The notes under the pieces are model-generated. The model made no database searches, was not told the origin of the DNA, and saw nothing but the letters and a program-made list of their open reading frames with translations. The translations under genes were made by a program, and so were the position numbers. This document shows positions 41,447-52,599 of a stretch of DNA of 64,000 nt, in pieces (the stretch's first letter is position 1; every line of letters begins with the position of its first letter). The stretch is from Camelus ferus. Its lineage: Eukaryota. The stretch spans positions 24,306,001-24,370,000 of the forward strand of contig NC_045697.1 of the NCBI RefSeq assembly GCF_009834535.1. Direction: 5' to 3'.

Positions 41447-42633
41447 TGGTTCCTTCTAGTGTATTGTTCATTTCAGTTACTTTATTCTTCAACTCTGTTT
41501 GGGTGTTCTTTATATTTTCCAGTTCTTTGCTAAAAACTTCACTCTGTGCATCTGTACTCCTCTTGAGTTCTCTGAACATCTTAGGCCATCATTACTTTAA
41601 ACTCTTTCTCAGGTAAATTACCTATCTCCTCATCACTTATTTCTTCTTCTGGGATTTTATCTTGTGTTTTGGCCTGGGAGATATTCCTTTGCTGCCTCAT
41701 ATTGTGTATCTTTCTATGTGTTCATGGATTCCTTCCACAGGCTTTGGGATTATTGTTTTCTTATTTCTAGTATCTGTCCCTGGTGGATGAGGCTGGACTA
41801 GAGGCTTATGCAGGGTTCCTGGCCGGAGGAGCCAGTGCCTGCCCACTACTGGGTGAAGCTTGGTCCTGAACCTCTGGTGAGTAGAGCTGTGTCTAGAGGC
41901 CTTTGTGGCTTAGAAAGTCTGATGATGGATGTGGCTATGCTCCCACCCTGTATGTTGTTTGGCCTGAGGCTTCTCTACAGGCTGTTGGGTAGGGCTAGGT
42001 CTTGGTGCTAATGATCCAATCAAGATGTCAGCCTCCAGGAAAACTTATGTAGATGAACACTCCTGAAATGTCTGCCACCAGCTTTTATGTCCCCTGAGTG
42101 AGCCTCAGTTGTCCCCCACGCCCTCAGGAGATCCTCCAGGTCTGGCCCAGGTTCCTATGAAATCACTGCCTCTGCCTTTGGATCTGGTGCACATGAGTTT
42201 CCATGTACGCTTCTCAAGCAAATGGAGTCTCTGTTTCCCCCAAGCCCATGAGGCTCCCAGAGCCAAGCCCCTCTGGCCTTCAAAACCATATGTCCTGGGG
42301 GCTCCTTCTCTTATCAATGCCGGGACCTGAGCTGGGGAGCCTGATGTGGGACTTAGAGCACTCACTCCTGTGGGAGGACTGCTGCAGCTTAACAAATCTT
42401 CAGCTTGTGGGTTGTCCATCTGGGGGGTATAGGGCCCAATTATATCATGAGCACACCCCTCCTACTGTCCTGCTGTGGTTCCCTCTTTATGTTTCCAGTT
42501 GCAGAAGGCCTTTTTTGCTAGGTTCCAGTCTTTTTTCAATAGTTGTTTAGCATTCAGTTGTGGTTTCATTGTAGTCACGAGGGGAGGTGAGCTCGTCGTG
42601 GTCCTACCACTCAGCCATCTTGACTGGAACTTC
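41447..42633 (-). mobile_element. L1 5'UTR plus ORF1 N-terminus (inverted segment)
   Basis: The minus strand starts gaagttccagtcaagatggctgag (L1 5' end). ORF1 ATG at 41700 reads MRQQRNISQAKTQDK...LPEKEFKVM, then ...ELKNKVTEMNNTLEG. Confidence 0.9.
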
Positions 42634-43325
42634 TACATGAGGCAGAAGAACGGATCAGTGAGCTAGAAGACAGATTAGTGGAAATCATTACTTCATAACA
42701 GAAAAAAGAAAAAATAATAAAAAGGAATGAGGATAGTTTAAGAGAACTCTAGGACAACATGAAGCACGCTAATATTTGCATCATAGGGGTCCCAGAAAGA
42801 GAAGACAGAGAGAAAGAACTTGAGAAAATTTTTGGAGAGATAATTACTGAAAATTTCCCCAACTTGAGAAAGGAAACAGTCACCCAAGTCATGGAAGGGC
42901 AAAGAGTACCACACAGAATCAACTCAAAGAGGAACACACCAAGGCACATAGTCATCAAATTGACAACAATTAAGGATGAGGAGAAAATACTAAAATTAGC
43001 GAGAGGAAAGCAACCAATAACATAGAAGGGAACTCTCATAAGCTTGCCAGCTGATTGTTCAGCAGAAACTCTACAGGCCAGAGGGAGTGGCACGATATAT
43101 TTAAAGTGATGCAAGGGGGAAACTTACAACCAAGAATACTCTATCCAGCAAGGCTCTCATTCAGACTTGATGGAGAAATCAAAAGCTTCACAGATAAACA
43201 AAAGCTAAAAGATTTCAGCGCCACCAAACCAGTTTTACAACAAATGTTAAAGGACCTTCTCTAGTCATCAACCATAAGAAAAGAGAACAAAAAGAAGAAA
43301 GAGAAATAAAAAATAAAAGAGAGAC
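42634..43325 (+). pseudogene. L1 ORF1 C-terminal part (RRM/CTD), disrupted
   Basis: EAEERISELEDRLVEI...NICIIGVPE...TPRHIVIKL...LQPRILYPARLSF...LQQMLKDLL* (stop at 43264). Confidence 0.93.
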
Positions 43326-43735
43326 TTCAATAGATTGCTTTGGTTGTTTGGAGTCTTTTGTGATTTCTTATAAATTTTGGAATTGTTTGTTCTAGTTCCA
43401 TGAGGAATGTAGTGAATATTTTGACAGAGGTTGCATTGGATCCATGGATTGCTTTGGGTAGTGTGGCCATTTTGATAGTGTTGATTCTTCCAATCCAAGA
43501 GCACAAGAAATCTTTCCATTTCTTTGTGTCATTCTGGTTCTCAGAGTATAGGTAACCTCCTTGGTTGGGTTTATTTCTAGGTATTTTATTGTTTTTGATG
43601 TAATGGAAATATGTTATAAAATTATAACCAGTTATAAACTTCTGGTTTTTTAAGTGGAAAAAAAAAAGTGAGAGAAGGGCTGCAAAATATCCTTTTTTAT
43701 GGGTGAGTTGTATTCCATTATATATATAATATATA
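43326..43735 (-). mobile_element. L1 ORF2 fragments, minus strand
   Basis: Minus ORF 43327-43746 contains KKWKDFLCSWIGRINTIKMATLPKAIH...FLMELEQTIPKFIRNHKR. Confidence 0.88.
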
Positions 43736-44573
43736 TTGGAATTCAAAGTGATTACCTAGTTGTGAAGAGGGGGAGAACTTTGAAGTAGCTGCAAGGTTGC
43801 AACTAGCAGCTGCCAGCAAGTACTGTTTTAAAAATGGCTATGTTTTCCTAAAGATTGATACAGGCCAGAGAAAATGTAAGTTCTCAGTTGTATAAGGATG
43901 TATCTGAGACCAGATCCTCAATGACTACCTGATTGTATTTTTGTATGCCTGGACTATGATTGCTCCATTATAATTTCTATTTGTCATCTGTCTTATGCAT
44001 TTAAAAATGTATTGAGAGTAGATTCCATATCAAGTGTTCTTATCATTGAAAAATACAATTGTATTCAAACAAACAAAACAAAAATATTTTAAGAACAATG
44101 TAAATTAATATAAACATAAAATTATTTTTACTTATATCTATTTTCTTCTAAAATGCTAAAATTATTCAAGTTAAAATATACATGTAATAAATATTAAAAT
44201 TAAATGAGATAAAGCCGGAATTTTACTTTAATTTGTAAAATTATATCTCAATATGTATTATAAGGATAAGACCATTCACAATTCTAATGGTCGATGTGCC
44301 AATGTAAAAAAAAGTTATATTTATGCACACAAACCTTATAGATAAATATAGTCATTTATCATTAAATCAAATCATTTATTATTAAAAATGTTTAATAGTA
44401 ACCAGGTGCAACTATTCCAAAAGCTACACTAAATCATGGGTACTTAAAAATTAGAAGATGAACAAAAGCAATCAAATGGATTCTTGGTGGTACTGAAAAA
44501 TTATATTTCACCATGCTGCATTCAGCCTATCAAAGATGAGGGCCTGAAAATGCATTAAATTTGTGGTTTTCCT

Positions 44574-44892
44574 CCTTCCTTCCTTCTTTCCTTCCTCCCT
44601 TTCTTTCTTTTTTGTCTATTTCTTTTTTTAGATTTTTTTTCTTTTTTCCCTCCCTTGGGATATAATTGACATGTAACATTGTGTAAATTTAAACTGAACA
44701 ACTTGCTGATTTGGTACCATATATATATTTCAATATGATTACCATCACAGAATTAGCTAACACCTGCATTAGATCACATAATTATCATTTCTCTTTTTGT
44801 TGTGAGAACATTTAAGATCTAGTCACTTTACAACTTTCAAGTATATCAGACAGTTTTATTGACTATAATCACAAAGCTGTGCATTAGATCTC
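44574..44892 (-). mobile_element. L1 (L1MA-like) 3' end with its tail decayed into a CT-rich repeat
   Basis: tataattgacatgtaacattgtgtaaatttaa...gtgagaacatttaagatcta...tgcattagatctc, with TSD aaatttgtg(g)ttttcct at 44557-44573 and 44893-44908. Confidence 0.85.
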
Positions 44893-45767
44893 AAATTTGT
44901 GTTTTCCTTTTCAAGAAGAACTCTCTGAAAAGCACTGTCCTTTTCTGATGTCAGTAGGAGTGCAATCCACAACCTTCATAACCTTCAGATGCAATTGTCC
45001 CTGTTTTGAGAATACAGGACAAAAGTTGTGAGGAAGGGCTTCCCTGGGGCATAAAGCATTTCAGTTGCTGGAGAGGTCCTTTGTCAGCACTGAGCATCAA
45101 ATCCTGAAATATGCTGATGTACTTGGAAATAATTTGAGGGTTGTAATTTGCAGAAACTTCTAAAGAACAAGCTCAGAGAGGGAATCATTTATATCAAGAG
45201 TTAGAGCAGTAAGAAGGAAGAAGTTTCAGTTATTGAAAAATATTTTCTCATTTGTTTATTGTTTTTCCCTTTAAAATTCTTTTAGTAAGAGAAAAATATT
45301 CTATCACACACTTGGAGCTGAAGTAAGAAATAGAAGTTGCTCTATTTATAAAATACTTGGAAAAGTTAATTTTTTAGTGTTAATGAGCTTTAATACCATG
45401 TGAAAATCTATACACAAAAAATGTGAATAAAATATTATGTCCCAATGATGTCTGAACATCTTAGACCTAGAAAAATTGTCATCTCTATCCTATGAAGAAC
45501 AGGTTTGTGATATTGGGTAAATAATTTAAAGAGTGCTTCAGTTTCTTCATCTTTATAACAACAGTAATAGTTTATTTATTTTCATTCCATAGATGTAAAG
45601 CCACAAAAGTTCTGAGGCAAAGCCACAAAAGGTACATATTACTCAGAAAATAGAAAATGATGATGATGATTATGATGAATTAGTGCCAGCTATACTGTCA
45701 GCAAAGTAGTGCTCAAGAACTATTCATTGAATAGTTGAAAATCTATTATTCCTAGGTGCATGCAATC

Positions 45768-46276
45768 TAAACCCAGAAATGTCTTTCTTAAAGATCTGAG
45801 AACCATCTCTCTGAAAGGTAATCATAAGGAAGGCAGTACCCCTGCCCCTAGTTTCTGTAGGACGGTAGGACCTCACTTCAGGGGTGTGCCTCACTCTAAC
45901 TTGTAAAACTACCTTTTGTCATGAGGAAATGAGAATTTTATTTTTCCTTTGGATAAAGCTAGTTAATTAACATGGATGATCATCCAAATTATCAAGTGAA
46001 TTTAGAATAAATTCTGTGACAAATGGTGCTGTCAAGTCCTCTTACTTGAGGACTAGTTAAGGTTTATCTGAAGAATGTGTATGTGATGGGCTGTACTTGG
46101 TTAGCTATATAAAAAGGTGAGAAATCTTTCCACCTGTTTTAGCAGAATGATTGTGATAGCATCACATTCTGGTTTAATGCTTACTCAATAATATGTATTT
46201 TAAAAAATCTCTCTTACTTTGTGAAAAAGTTTCCAGACTTGGGAGGAAATTTTGCTTTGAATTTATTTCTCCAGGA
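45768..46276 (+). mobile_element. 5' LTR (5'-truncated) of relic provirus, MER89-like ERV1
   Basis: Colinear with 53470-53931, e.g. tgtcaagtcc(t/c)cttac(t/c)tgaggactagtta and gctatataaaaag. A PBS-like sequence follows immediately. Confidence 0.8.
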
Positions 46277-46280
46277 GTTC

Positions 46281-46298
46281 TGGCAATCGGGATGGGGT
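46281..46298 (+). other. Degenerate primer-binding site
   Basis: tggcaatcgggatggggt lies a few bases after the LTR end. It resembles tRNA-Arg-type TGGCGACCCAGATGGGAC; the tRNA identity is inferred. Confidence 0.5.
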
Positions 46299-48558
46299 GT
46301 TTTAAGCCACCCAGTCTGTGGTATTTTGTTATGGCAGCCCTACATAACTAATGCAGCCCTCATTCCAAACAAATGAATTACTGGTATTTTAGAAAACCAT
46401 TAAAAAAAAAAAAGTAAAAATAATTTGGATAGCTAGAAGAAAATCTTGAGGGAAATGGAATAGGAAGTGCAAGAATTAAAGATGTCTGCCTTTTCACAGA
46501 AGCCTCTTCCTCCGTCCTCTGCTGCATCAGCTCCCTTTTCTTCCTCTATGTCTTTAGCCCTCAGGGGCTCAAAATGACTCTGGAGGAGGAGAAAGTGAAA
46601 ACCTTTTAGATGGATGGTTCCCTTCATTAGTGCATTTCTTGAAAAGAGTGATGGGGAAACAGCTTTATTAGCTGGCAATCTGCTCTGTTTGAGGACACAG
46701 GTGTGAATACCCTCCGGTTTAGCCCAGATTCCACCTCTTGTCGTCCCATCTTGTAGCTGGGAGGGCAGATGTAATCAAGGAAGAAACGAGAACTTGGATA
46801 AAAGGCTGTCTGCTATGAGGGCAATAAATGAAGAGTAGCTGCACTAGCCACTTGAAAAAAAGGTAAACAAACAAGGTTTTAATCAGATGAATGTCAACAG
46901 AAGACTGGAAACCAAAGTACCATAAAATTGACATTTTTCTGGTCTCAAAAAGCTCTTTCTATTTGGATCATCAGGAAAGTCAGTGCCACAGAGAAGCTTC
47001 CCAAGGCCTCTGGAGTCATTCCCACACCTTCCTCATCAGCTGGTACTATTCATTTAAAGGCTTCTTCCCCTGTGCCCTACAGGTTTGCAGGACTCCCAAG
47101 CCTGTTTTCAGTTGACATCTCTTCCTCTAGCATATGAATCTAAATTCTTGTCTCCTTTAGCTTATGAAGGAGTCCAGTGTTTATGATACAGGATTACTCA
47201 AAGGTTTGAGGACTCTCTTATTTTCTCTAGTCATTTGCAAACAAACAAACAAATAGAAACCTGGAGAAATGTCTTCCCCAGAGGGATGTATCATTATTCA
47301 AACTTAGACCTCTTTCCGATAACCTCAGAAATTTGAAAAAAATGCAAAATTGACACTGTAGCTTTGTGACATTTCTTTGCTTCACAGTCACATAAAGCCC
47401 CATTAGGCAAATTGCAATATTGCTTAACTGAGGGCAACAATTGTCACCTACAGGCCACAAAATTTTTCAATCTAGAAGTCAGCTCACTTTGCAGATACAA
47501 ATCGACTTCTAACAATGAAAAGACTTAGACAATTTTGGGACAATATTACACAGTGGATTCTAGTTTTTTGCAGAATAGGAAAAACCGCTGATTTACCTGA
47601 TTATTCTCCAGACCTTCTTCTTTGGTCCCTAGAATTTGACAAGGCTTTTGAAACCGAAAATTGACTATTACCTTTCTTCTAGCTTTGGGGATTCCAAATT
47701 TGAGGAATTTTAACATTTAGATCTTCCAAATTTTGACCTGATTTATCTGATGCCCTGATTCATTTTGTGTATTTAACAATGTCTACTTAAAAGTCTTGGA
47801 CTCAGGATAACAGTGGCTGACTTAAACCTTCCTATGCTGTGGTAACTTACAAAGTTTTGGAAGCTGAAGTGTTATCTGGAATTAAGTCTGCACAGCAGAC
47901 AGTAGCAGTTAGCAGAGCTACAATTCTTGGTTCTGGATTTTAAAATGAATATATTCATGTATATATTTTTATATATATTCATTTTTCATGAATAGTTATG
48001 AATTTTCATGAGTTTGTTATATATATGTAATTATATAAATGCATGTAACTAATAACTGTATGTTTGGTATCTGTTATGCTATAAAGAAAAATTTTTAAAA
48101 AGATTTTTACTTCAATGGGAACTAAAAAAAAAATCTCAGAAAATTAATTTGTCAGGGTTTTACAACTGCATGCTAAAATATCAGTAATTCATTTTGCATC
48201 AAGAGTTGTAAAAAGCTGTTGCTAAAACACGGCAGTCTCCAAATTTAGAAGTTTTACTTTTAATACAATAAGAAAGGATTTTTTTCATTTTTAAAAATGT
48301 GCTTCACAGAAGAAGATAGTCAAATGGATTATGAAAGGGGCTAAAAGAAATTTGACTGGGCCATGGGCATTACCTAACAAAACAATTCCTCTAACACAGC
48401 TTGGTTAGTGTTGTGTCATCCGCAAAATCACCTGAATAAAAGATGGATTTTTAAGTCACTACAATTCTTACTCTGCTTACTAGAAAAATGAAAATTATTC
48501 AAAACATATTAAAGAGATGTACTGTTTTTCAGTAGAATTTTTTATAGGCTACTCCCAT

Positions 48559-49088
48559 TGTTACTGAGTCCAAACTTGTTCTGCTTGCTGCAGGACAGGC
48601 CAGTAAATCGGGAGATGAGGTATGGAGGCAAGGAACAGTGACTTTATTTAGAAAGCCAGCAGACTGAGAAGATAGCAGGCTAATGTCCTGGAGAACTGAA
48701 CCATCTCCCCCAAGTCAGAATTCAAGCTCCTTTTATACAAAAAAGGAGAAGGGTTGTGGTTGGTTGATGCAAACTTCTTAGTGTCAGAATCCTTTGTTCT
48801 TGCAGAATCCTATGTTCACATAGGCCAGGTCATGATGTTCCCATAAACCTCCAACAAGACAAATGTTATTCTCTGTTCTGCACTTTTTATCTCTATATGA
48901 ATGAAAAAGTGTTATACCCTTAAAAGTCAGAGTCTTGAGAATGGGCTGTCCTGTGTATTCCAGGCTGTAGGCAACATTCTTTTACAAAAGGTGCAGAACC
49001 AGCACGACTAAACACAGGCAACAGAGCGCAGGGTTAGAGCTAAAGGAACAGATCTAATACGGAGTCAGATTTGTTTTTCTCTATTACA
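48559..49088 (-). mobile_element. ERV1 solo LTR (A)
   Basis: TGTTAC...ATTACA termini, CCAT on both sides (48555-48558, 49089-49092), and minus-strand AATAAA and TATAAAA. Confidence 0.92.
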
Positions 49089-49092
49089 CCAT

Positions 49093-49586
49093 TGTCGACT
49101 GAAATAAACACGCAGCCTCAAAGTTAAAAGTTATGTTTTATTTGGCGGGAAGACTCGAGCCGGGATGACAGCCTCCCAGATTGCCCTGAGAGACTGCTCC
49201 GAAGAGGTAGGGGAGGAGCTAGGATATACAGGAGCTTTACAACAAAGACCAGGTAGTTGGAACAATAAAATATTACTTGTTATCTAAAGAAAACCAGGCA
49301 TCTCAAATTAAAGAATTTAGTGCTTTTCTATGTATGGGAGGAAGCAAACCTTTGGGCTCATTGAATTCATTCCTTTGACAAGCATCTAGCTATCTAGGGC
49401 CGGTATCCTGTCCTTTCTTATTCTAAATTCGCCCAGAGTGCACCATTGTGAGTGGCTGCAGGGGCTGGGCTGCAGGCCTGTCCCCACTGGGGGGTGGCGG
49501 CAGCTGCTGATGACTTGGTTTCAGCATTCTTTGTTTACTGATATGTTTGCAGTATTTTCACTCACATTGCAGTATTTTTGTTCACA
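49093..49586 (-). mobile_element. ERV1 solo LTR (B), different family, CpG-retaining
   Basis: TGTCGA...TTCACA termini, CCAT on both sides (49089-49092, 49587-49590), and minus-strand AATAAA at ~49136. Confidence 0.92.
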
Positions 49587-49820
49587 CCATGATACAAACA
49601 GGAAGTTCTGTCAGACTAACTTTAGCAGGAACCGGTGGCAGTTAGATTCCACAGAGCTAATGCATGTAAACGGTAAGAGAGTTTGTTTACTTATGGTGTC
49701 TGAATGGTATAAATCCTTTCCTTCTTCAAAAAACAGATCAGAATAAAACAAACAAAAAAACTAACATTTAGGCAATAGCAAATATTCTCTTAATAAATAC
49801 AATTTTCACTTTTGGAATAC

Positions 49821-50391
49821 TGTTATCAAACCCAAGTTCACGTGCCTGAAGCACAGTGAGGCCAAACAAACCAAAACATTGGAGCTTGGAGCAGAGAAAG
49901 GGCCATGCAAGGAGAAGAGATTTAAAAGACCTGAACTCTCTAATGGGTTTCAGGGAAGAAGTTTATCCAGGCAAAATTTGGGCGGAAGGCTGCAGGGAGG
50001 AAACGGCAAGAAACAATAGCACAGCCTCGGGGCAGGGTCTTGGTTCCTTCTCAAGAAATATACATAACAATATCTTTGAGTTTTTCTGCAGGAGCTAAGG
50101 CCCCCACCCAGGTGGTGGATGACAGTTTCAGGCTGAGCACAAGATTCCTGGAACACTGCCCTGTTACATTACCACCAACTAATGAGAAGAAAGTCACACA
50201 CCCTGCTGCCCTCACCCCAAATTTTGCCTGTAAAAACTTTTCCCCCAAAACCATCAAGGAGTTCAGGTTTTTCAAGCATGAGCAGCCCATCCTCCTTCTT
50301 GGCCCTGAAATAAACCTTTCTCTGCTCCAAACTCTGGTATTTTGGTTTGGCCTCACCGTGCATCACGCACACGAACTTTTGTTCAGTAACA
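49821..50391. mobile_element. Head-to-head fusion of two same-family ERV1 LTRs (minus 49821-~49997, plus ~49998-50391)
   Basis: The left arm tgttatcaaacccaagttcacgtgcctgaagcacagtgaggccaaac...ggagcagagaaagg is a diverged reverse complement of the right end cctttctctgctccaaac...gtttggcctcaccgtgcatcacgcacacgaacttttgttcagtaaca. Confidence 0.88.
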
Positions 50392-50399
50392 CAAGGTCC

Positions 50400-50990
50400 T
50401 GCTCAGTTTCAATATCTGAGCATTCGAATCCTGTAAGTCATTTTATCTCTACAGTTGTCCAGGAATTATGCAAATGTCTTCAGATTCCCATAAATTGTCA
50501 TACACCCTTCCTCAGTCCACTAGACAAGTAAAATGATTGAATCAAACAAAAATTTCATTGGCTAAGATTCAGTTATTTAACTGATTGAAATGGCTCAGAG
50601 TTTTACCCCTAGCCTTGCTAACAGGACCGCTGCACACAAACACATAATCTTATCCTTTGAAGGTATGTTTGACAGGCCCCGTGAATTGGAGCCGGAGATC
50701 ATGCCCTCTGTTGGATTTCAGTGAATCCTCTCATAATCACAATCATAGTCAATACTTTAAAGGGCCTCTTTCTTCCCTAGAAACTCTGAGACTTAAAGTC
50801 ATAAGGATCCAGAAGGACCTGCCCCTACGGGCCAGGATATTTCATCTACACACAGATGTTCTGTAGGAAAGACAGACTGTCACCCTGTCGGGAAGAACCC
50901 TTTCAAGTGTTGCTGATCATCCATTCAACGATCAGAGTTAACAGAAACTCAGGTGGATGTGTGCTTTACATGTGAAGCCAGCACCACAGG
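50400..50990 (+). pseudogene. Degenerate gammaretrovirus-like integrase (pol 3' end)
   Basis: Across frameshifts it reads SHFISTVVQELCKCLQIPINCHTP, PQSTRQVK*LNQTKISLAKI, KWLRVLPLALL, LSFEGMFDRP, PGYFIY...RKDRLSPCREEPFQVLLIIHSTIRV and WMCALHVKPAP. This is colinear with the IN core PQSSGQVERMN, WxxxLPxAL, SPFE.xGRP and C-terminal W.GPY.VLLTT...WIHASHVK motifs. Confidence 0.85.
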
Positions 50991-51295
50991 ACTGGAGTGT
51001 GGTTCCCACAGAGGATTTGAAACTTTAAGTTTTCAACAGTCACTGATACTGGTACTGAACTCAAATGAAAACAAGTGTTATAGAAAACATACTACTTTTC
51101 TCTTAAACTGTCTAGCTGTCATAGTCACAGTTATTGTTAGTCAGAGGTTATCTTGATTACTTTAAGAATCACATTTTATTAGTAATCAAAAATTGTTACT
51201 TTTTTTTTTTCTTTCTGTCCTCCCAGTAATGGCTCCCATAATCTCATTTCCTGTCATCTCTAAACTGCCCTACCAGAATAAGCAGAGTCTGGACC

Positions 51296-51759
51296 TGTTA
51301 CGGAAATGACAGGCCAGTCAGGAAACAAGCACCACTCGGAGGGTGGGAGTACTCAGATGTATTACGCCAGCGGGCTCAGAGGGGCTTCTGCTCCGAAGCT
51401 CTGAGCACCTCCAAGACGTGCGCATGAGGTTTTATACGGTAAAGTACAAGCTTGGGGTATTCGGCCAGTAGGCATGGAACAGCTTTAGCAGCATTATCAT
51501 CACAAAAGTGGAGGCAGGGAGGCAGCAAACCAACATTCCAAAGCCAGATATGTATTTTTGAAAACCCAGCTGGCTAGCAAAAAACATGAACAGCAAACCA
51601 ACACTAATTAACCTAGATTTACAAGTTAGTCCATGCGAACTCAGATCAGTATTCCAATACTTAGATTGGTGAGTTATCTTGTTAGCCCAGCCCAGCCTCT
51701 CCTTCACATTCCTAGACTTGTGAGTTATCTTGTTAGACCAGTCTGGCTTTTCCTTCACA
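51296..51759 (-). mobile_element. Young ERV1 solo LTR (D)
   Basis: TGTTAC...TTCACA termini, exact TSD GACC, many CpGs, minus-strand TATAAAA at ~51430 and a ~51-bp terminal tandem duplication. Confidence 0.93.
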
Positions 51760-51935
51760 GACCTATAAATCTAAAAATCTGATTAATGACTGAATAAAAG
51801 AGAAACTATTTTCATTAGTAATTTTTGATAATATCAAATTAAAAGTAAATAACGTGCCTCCAGGTACTCAATCCTGAAATGTGAAACATTTTAACTGGTT
51901 TGATTGGGAAAATGATGTAAAAATTCTAATTGAAA

Positions 51936-52315
51936 TGTTACAGAAACGACAGGCCAGCCAAGAAACAAGCACCACTCGGAGGGTGGGAGTACTCAGATGT
52001 ATTACGCCAGCGGCTCAGAGGGGCTTCTACTCCGAAGCTCTGAGCACCTCCAAGACGTGCGCACGAGGTTCAATAGGCATGGAACAGCTTTAGCAGCATC
52101 ATTATCACAAAAATGGAAGCGGGGAAGCAGCAAACCAACATTCCAAAGCCAGATATATATCTTTGAAAATCCAGCTGGCTAGCAAAAAAAACATGAACAG
52201 CAAACCAACACTAATTAACTTAGATTTACAAGTTCGTCCAGCAGAACTCAGATCAGTATTCCGATACTTAGATTTGTGAGTTATCTTGTTAGACCAGCCC
52301 GGCTTTTCCTTCACA
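51936..52315 (-). mobile_element. Young ERV1 solo LTR (E), sibling of D
   Basis: Highly similar to 51296-51759 but lacks a 34-bp TATA-containing segment and the extra terminal unit. TSD imperfect (GAAA/AATA). Confidence 0.9.
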
Positions 52316-52599
52316 AATAGAAAAACAGAAATTTGGAATTGTTTTATAGACATTGAAATAGATAGGTTTAATGGTACTTGATTAATTTGGGGATGCAGTT
52401 TCTTTCCTGATTGAAACTGCAATTTCAATGGCAATTTCTTCAACTGAGATTGAAATTGAAACTTCAATTCCAGTATAGGTAGGTAAATAAATATGAATGC
52501 CTATTATTCAGGGAGATGTAGTTAATTGTTATAATAGTATCGATTTAGACCCAAAGTAAAAAAAAAAAAAAAAAAAAAAAAATGCCCATAGCATGGGTT

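Larger units (their letters stand above)
41010..44060 (+). mobile_element. Old L1MB-like 3' end split by an ERV1 LTR (41251-~41445 and ~43740-43987, minus strand)
   Basis: The L1 3'UTR stops at gcctatagttaa (41250) and resumes at ~43988 (catttaaaaatgtattgagagtagatt...gtgttcttatca). The intervening TG...CA element is itself split by a younger L1. Confidence 0.6.

Noticed and set aside
46360..47200. Possible gag remnants (Pro/Ser-rich stretch, His/Cys motif)
   Set aside because: The position fits the provirus, but the motifs are too degenerate to call without an HMM search.
47942..47985. 13-bp AT-rich inverted repeat
   Set aside because: Low-complexity AT sequence with no TSD or other sign of a MITE or function.
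50040..50531. 163-aa ORF as a real gene
   Set aside because: It is a chance read-through from LTR sequence into a decayed integrase fragment, with a non-ATG start.
51296..52315. D and E as the two LTRs of a miniature provirus, or as a CRISPR-like repeat
   Set aside because: D has its own TSD on both sides, the 176-bp spacer shows no PBS or PPT, and there are only two long copies.
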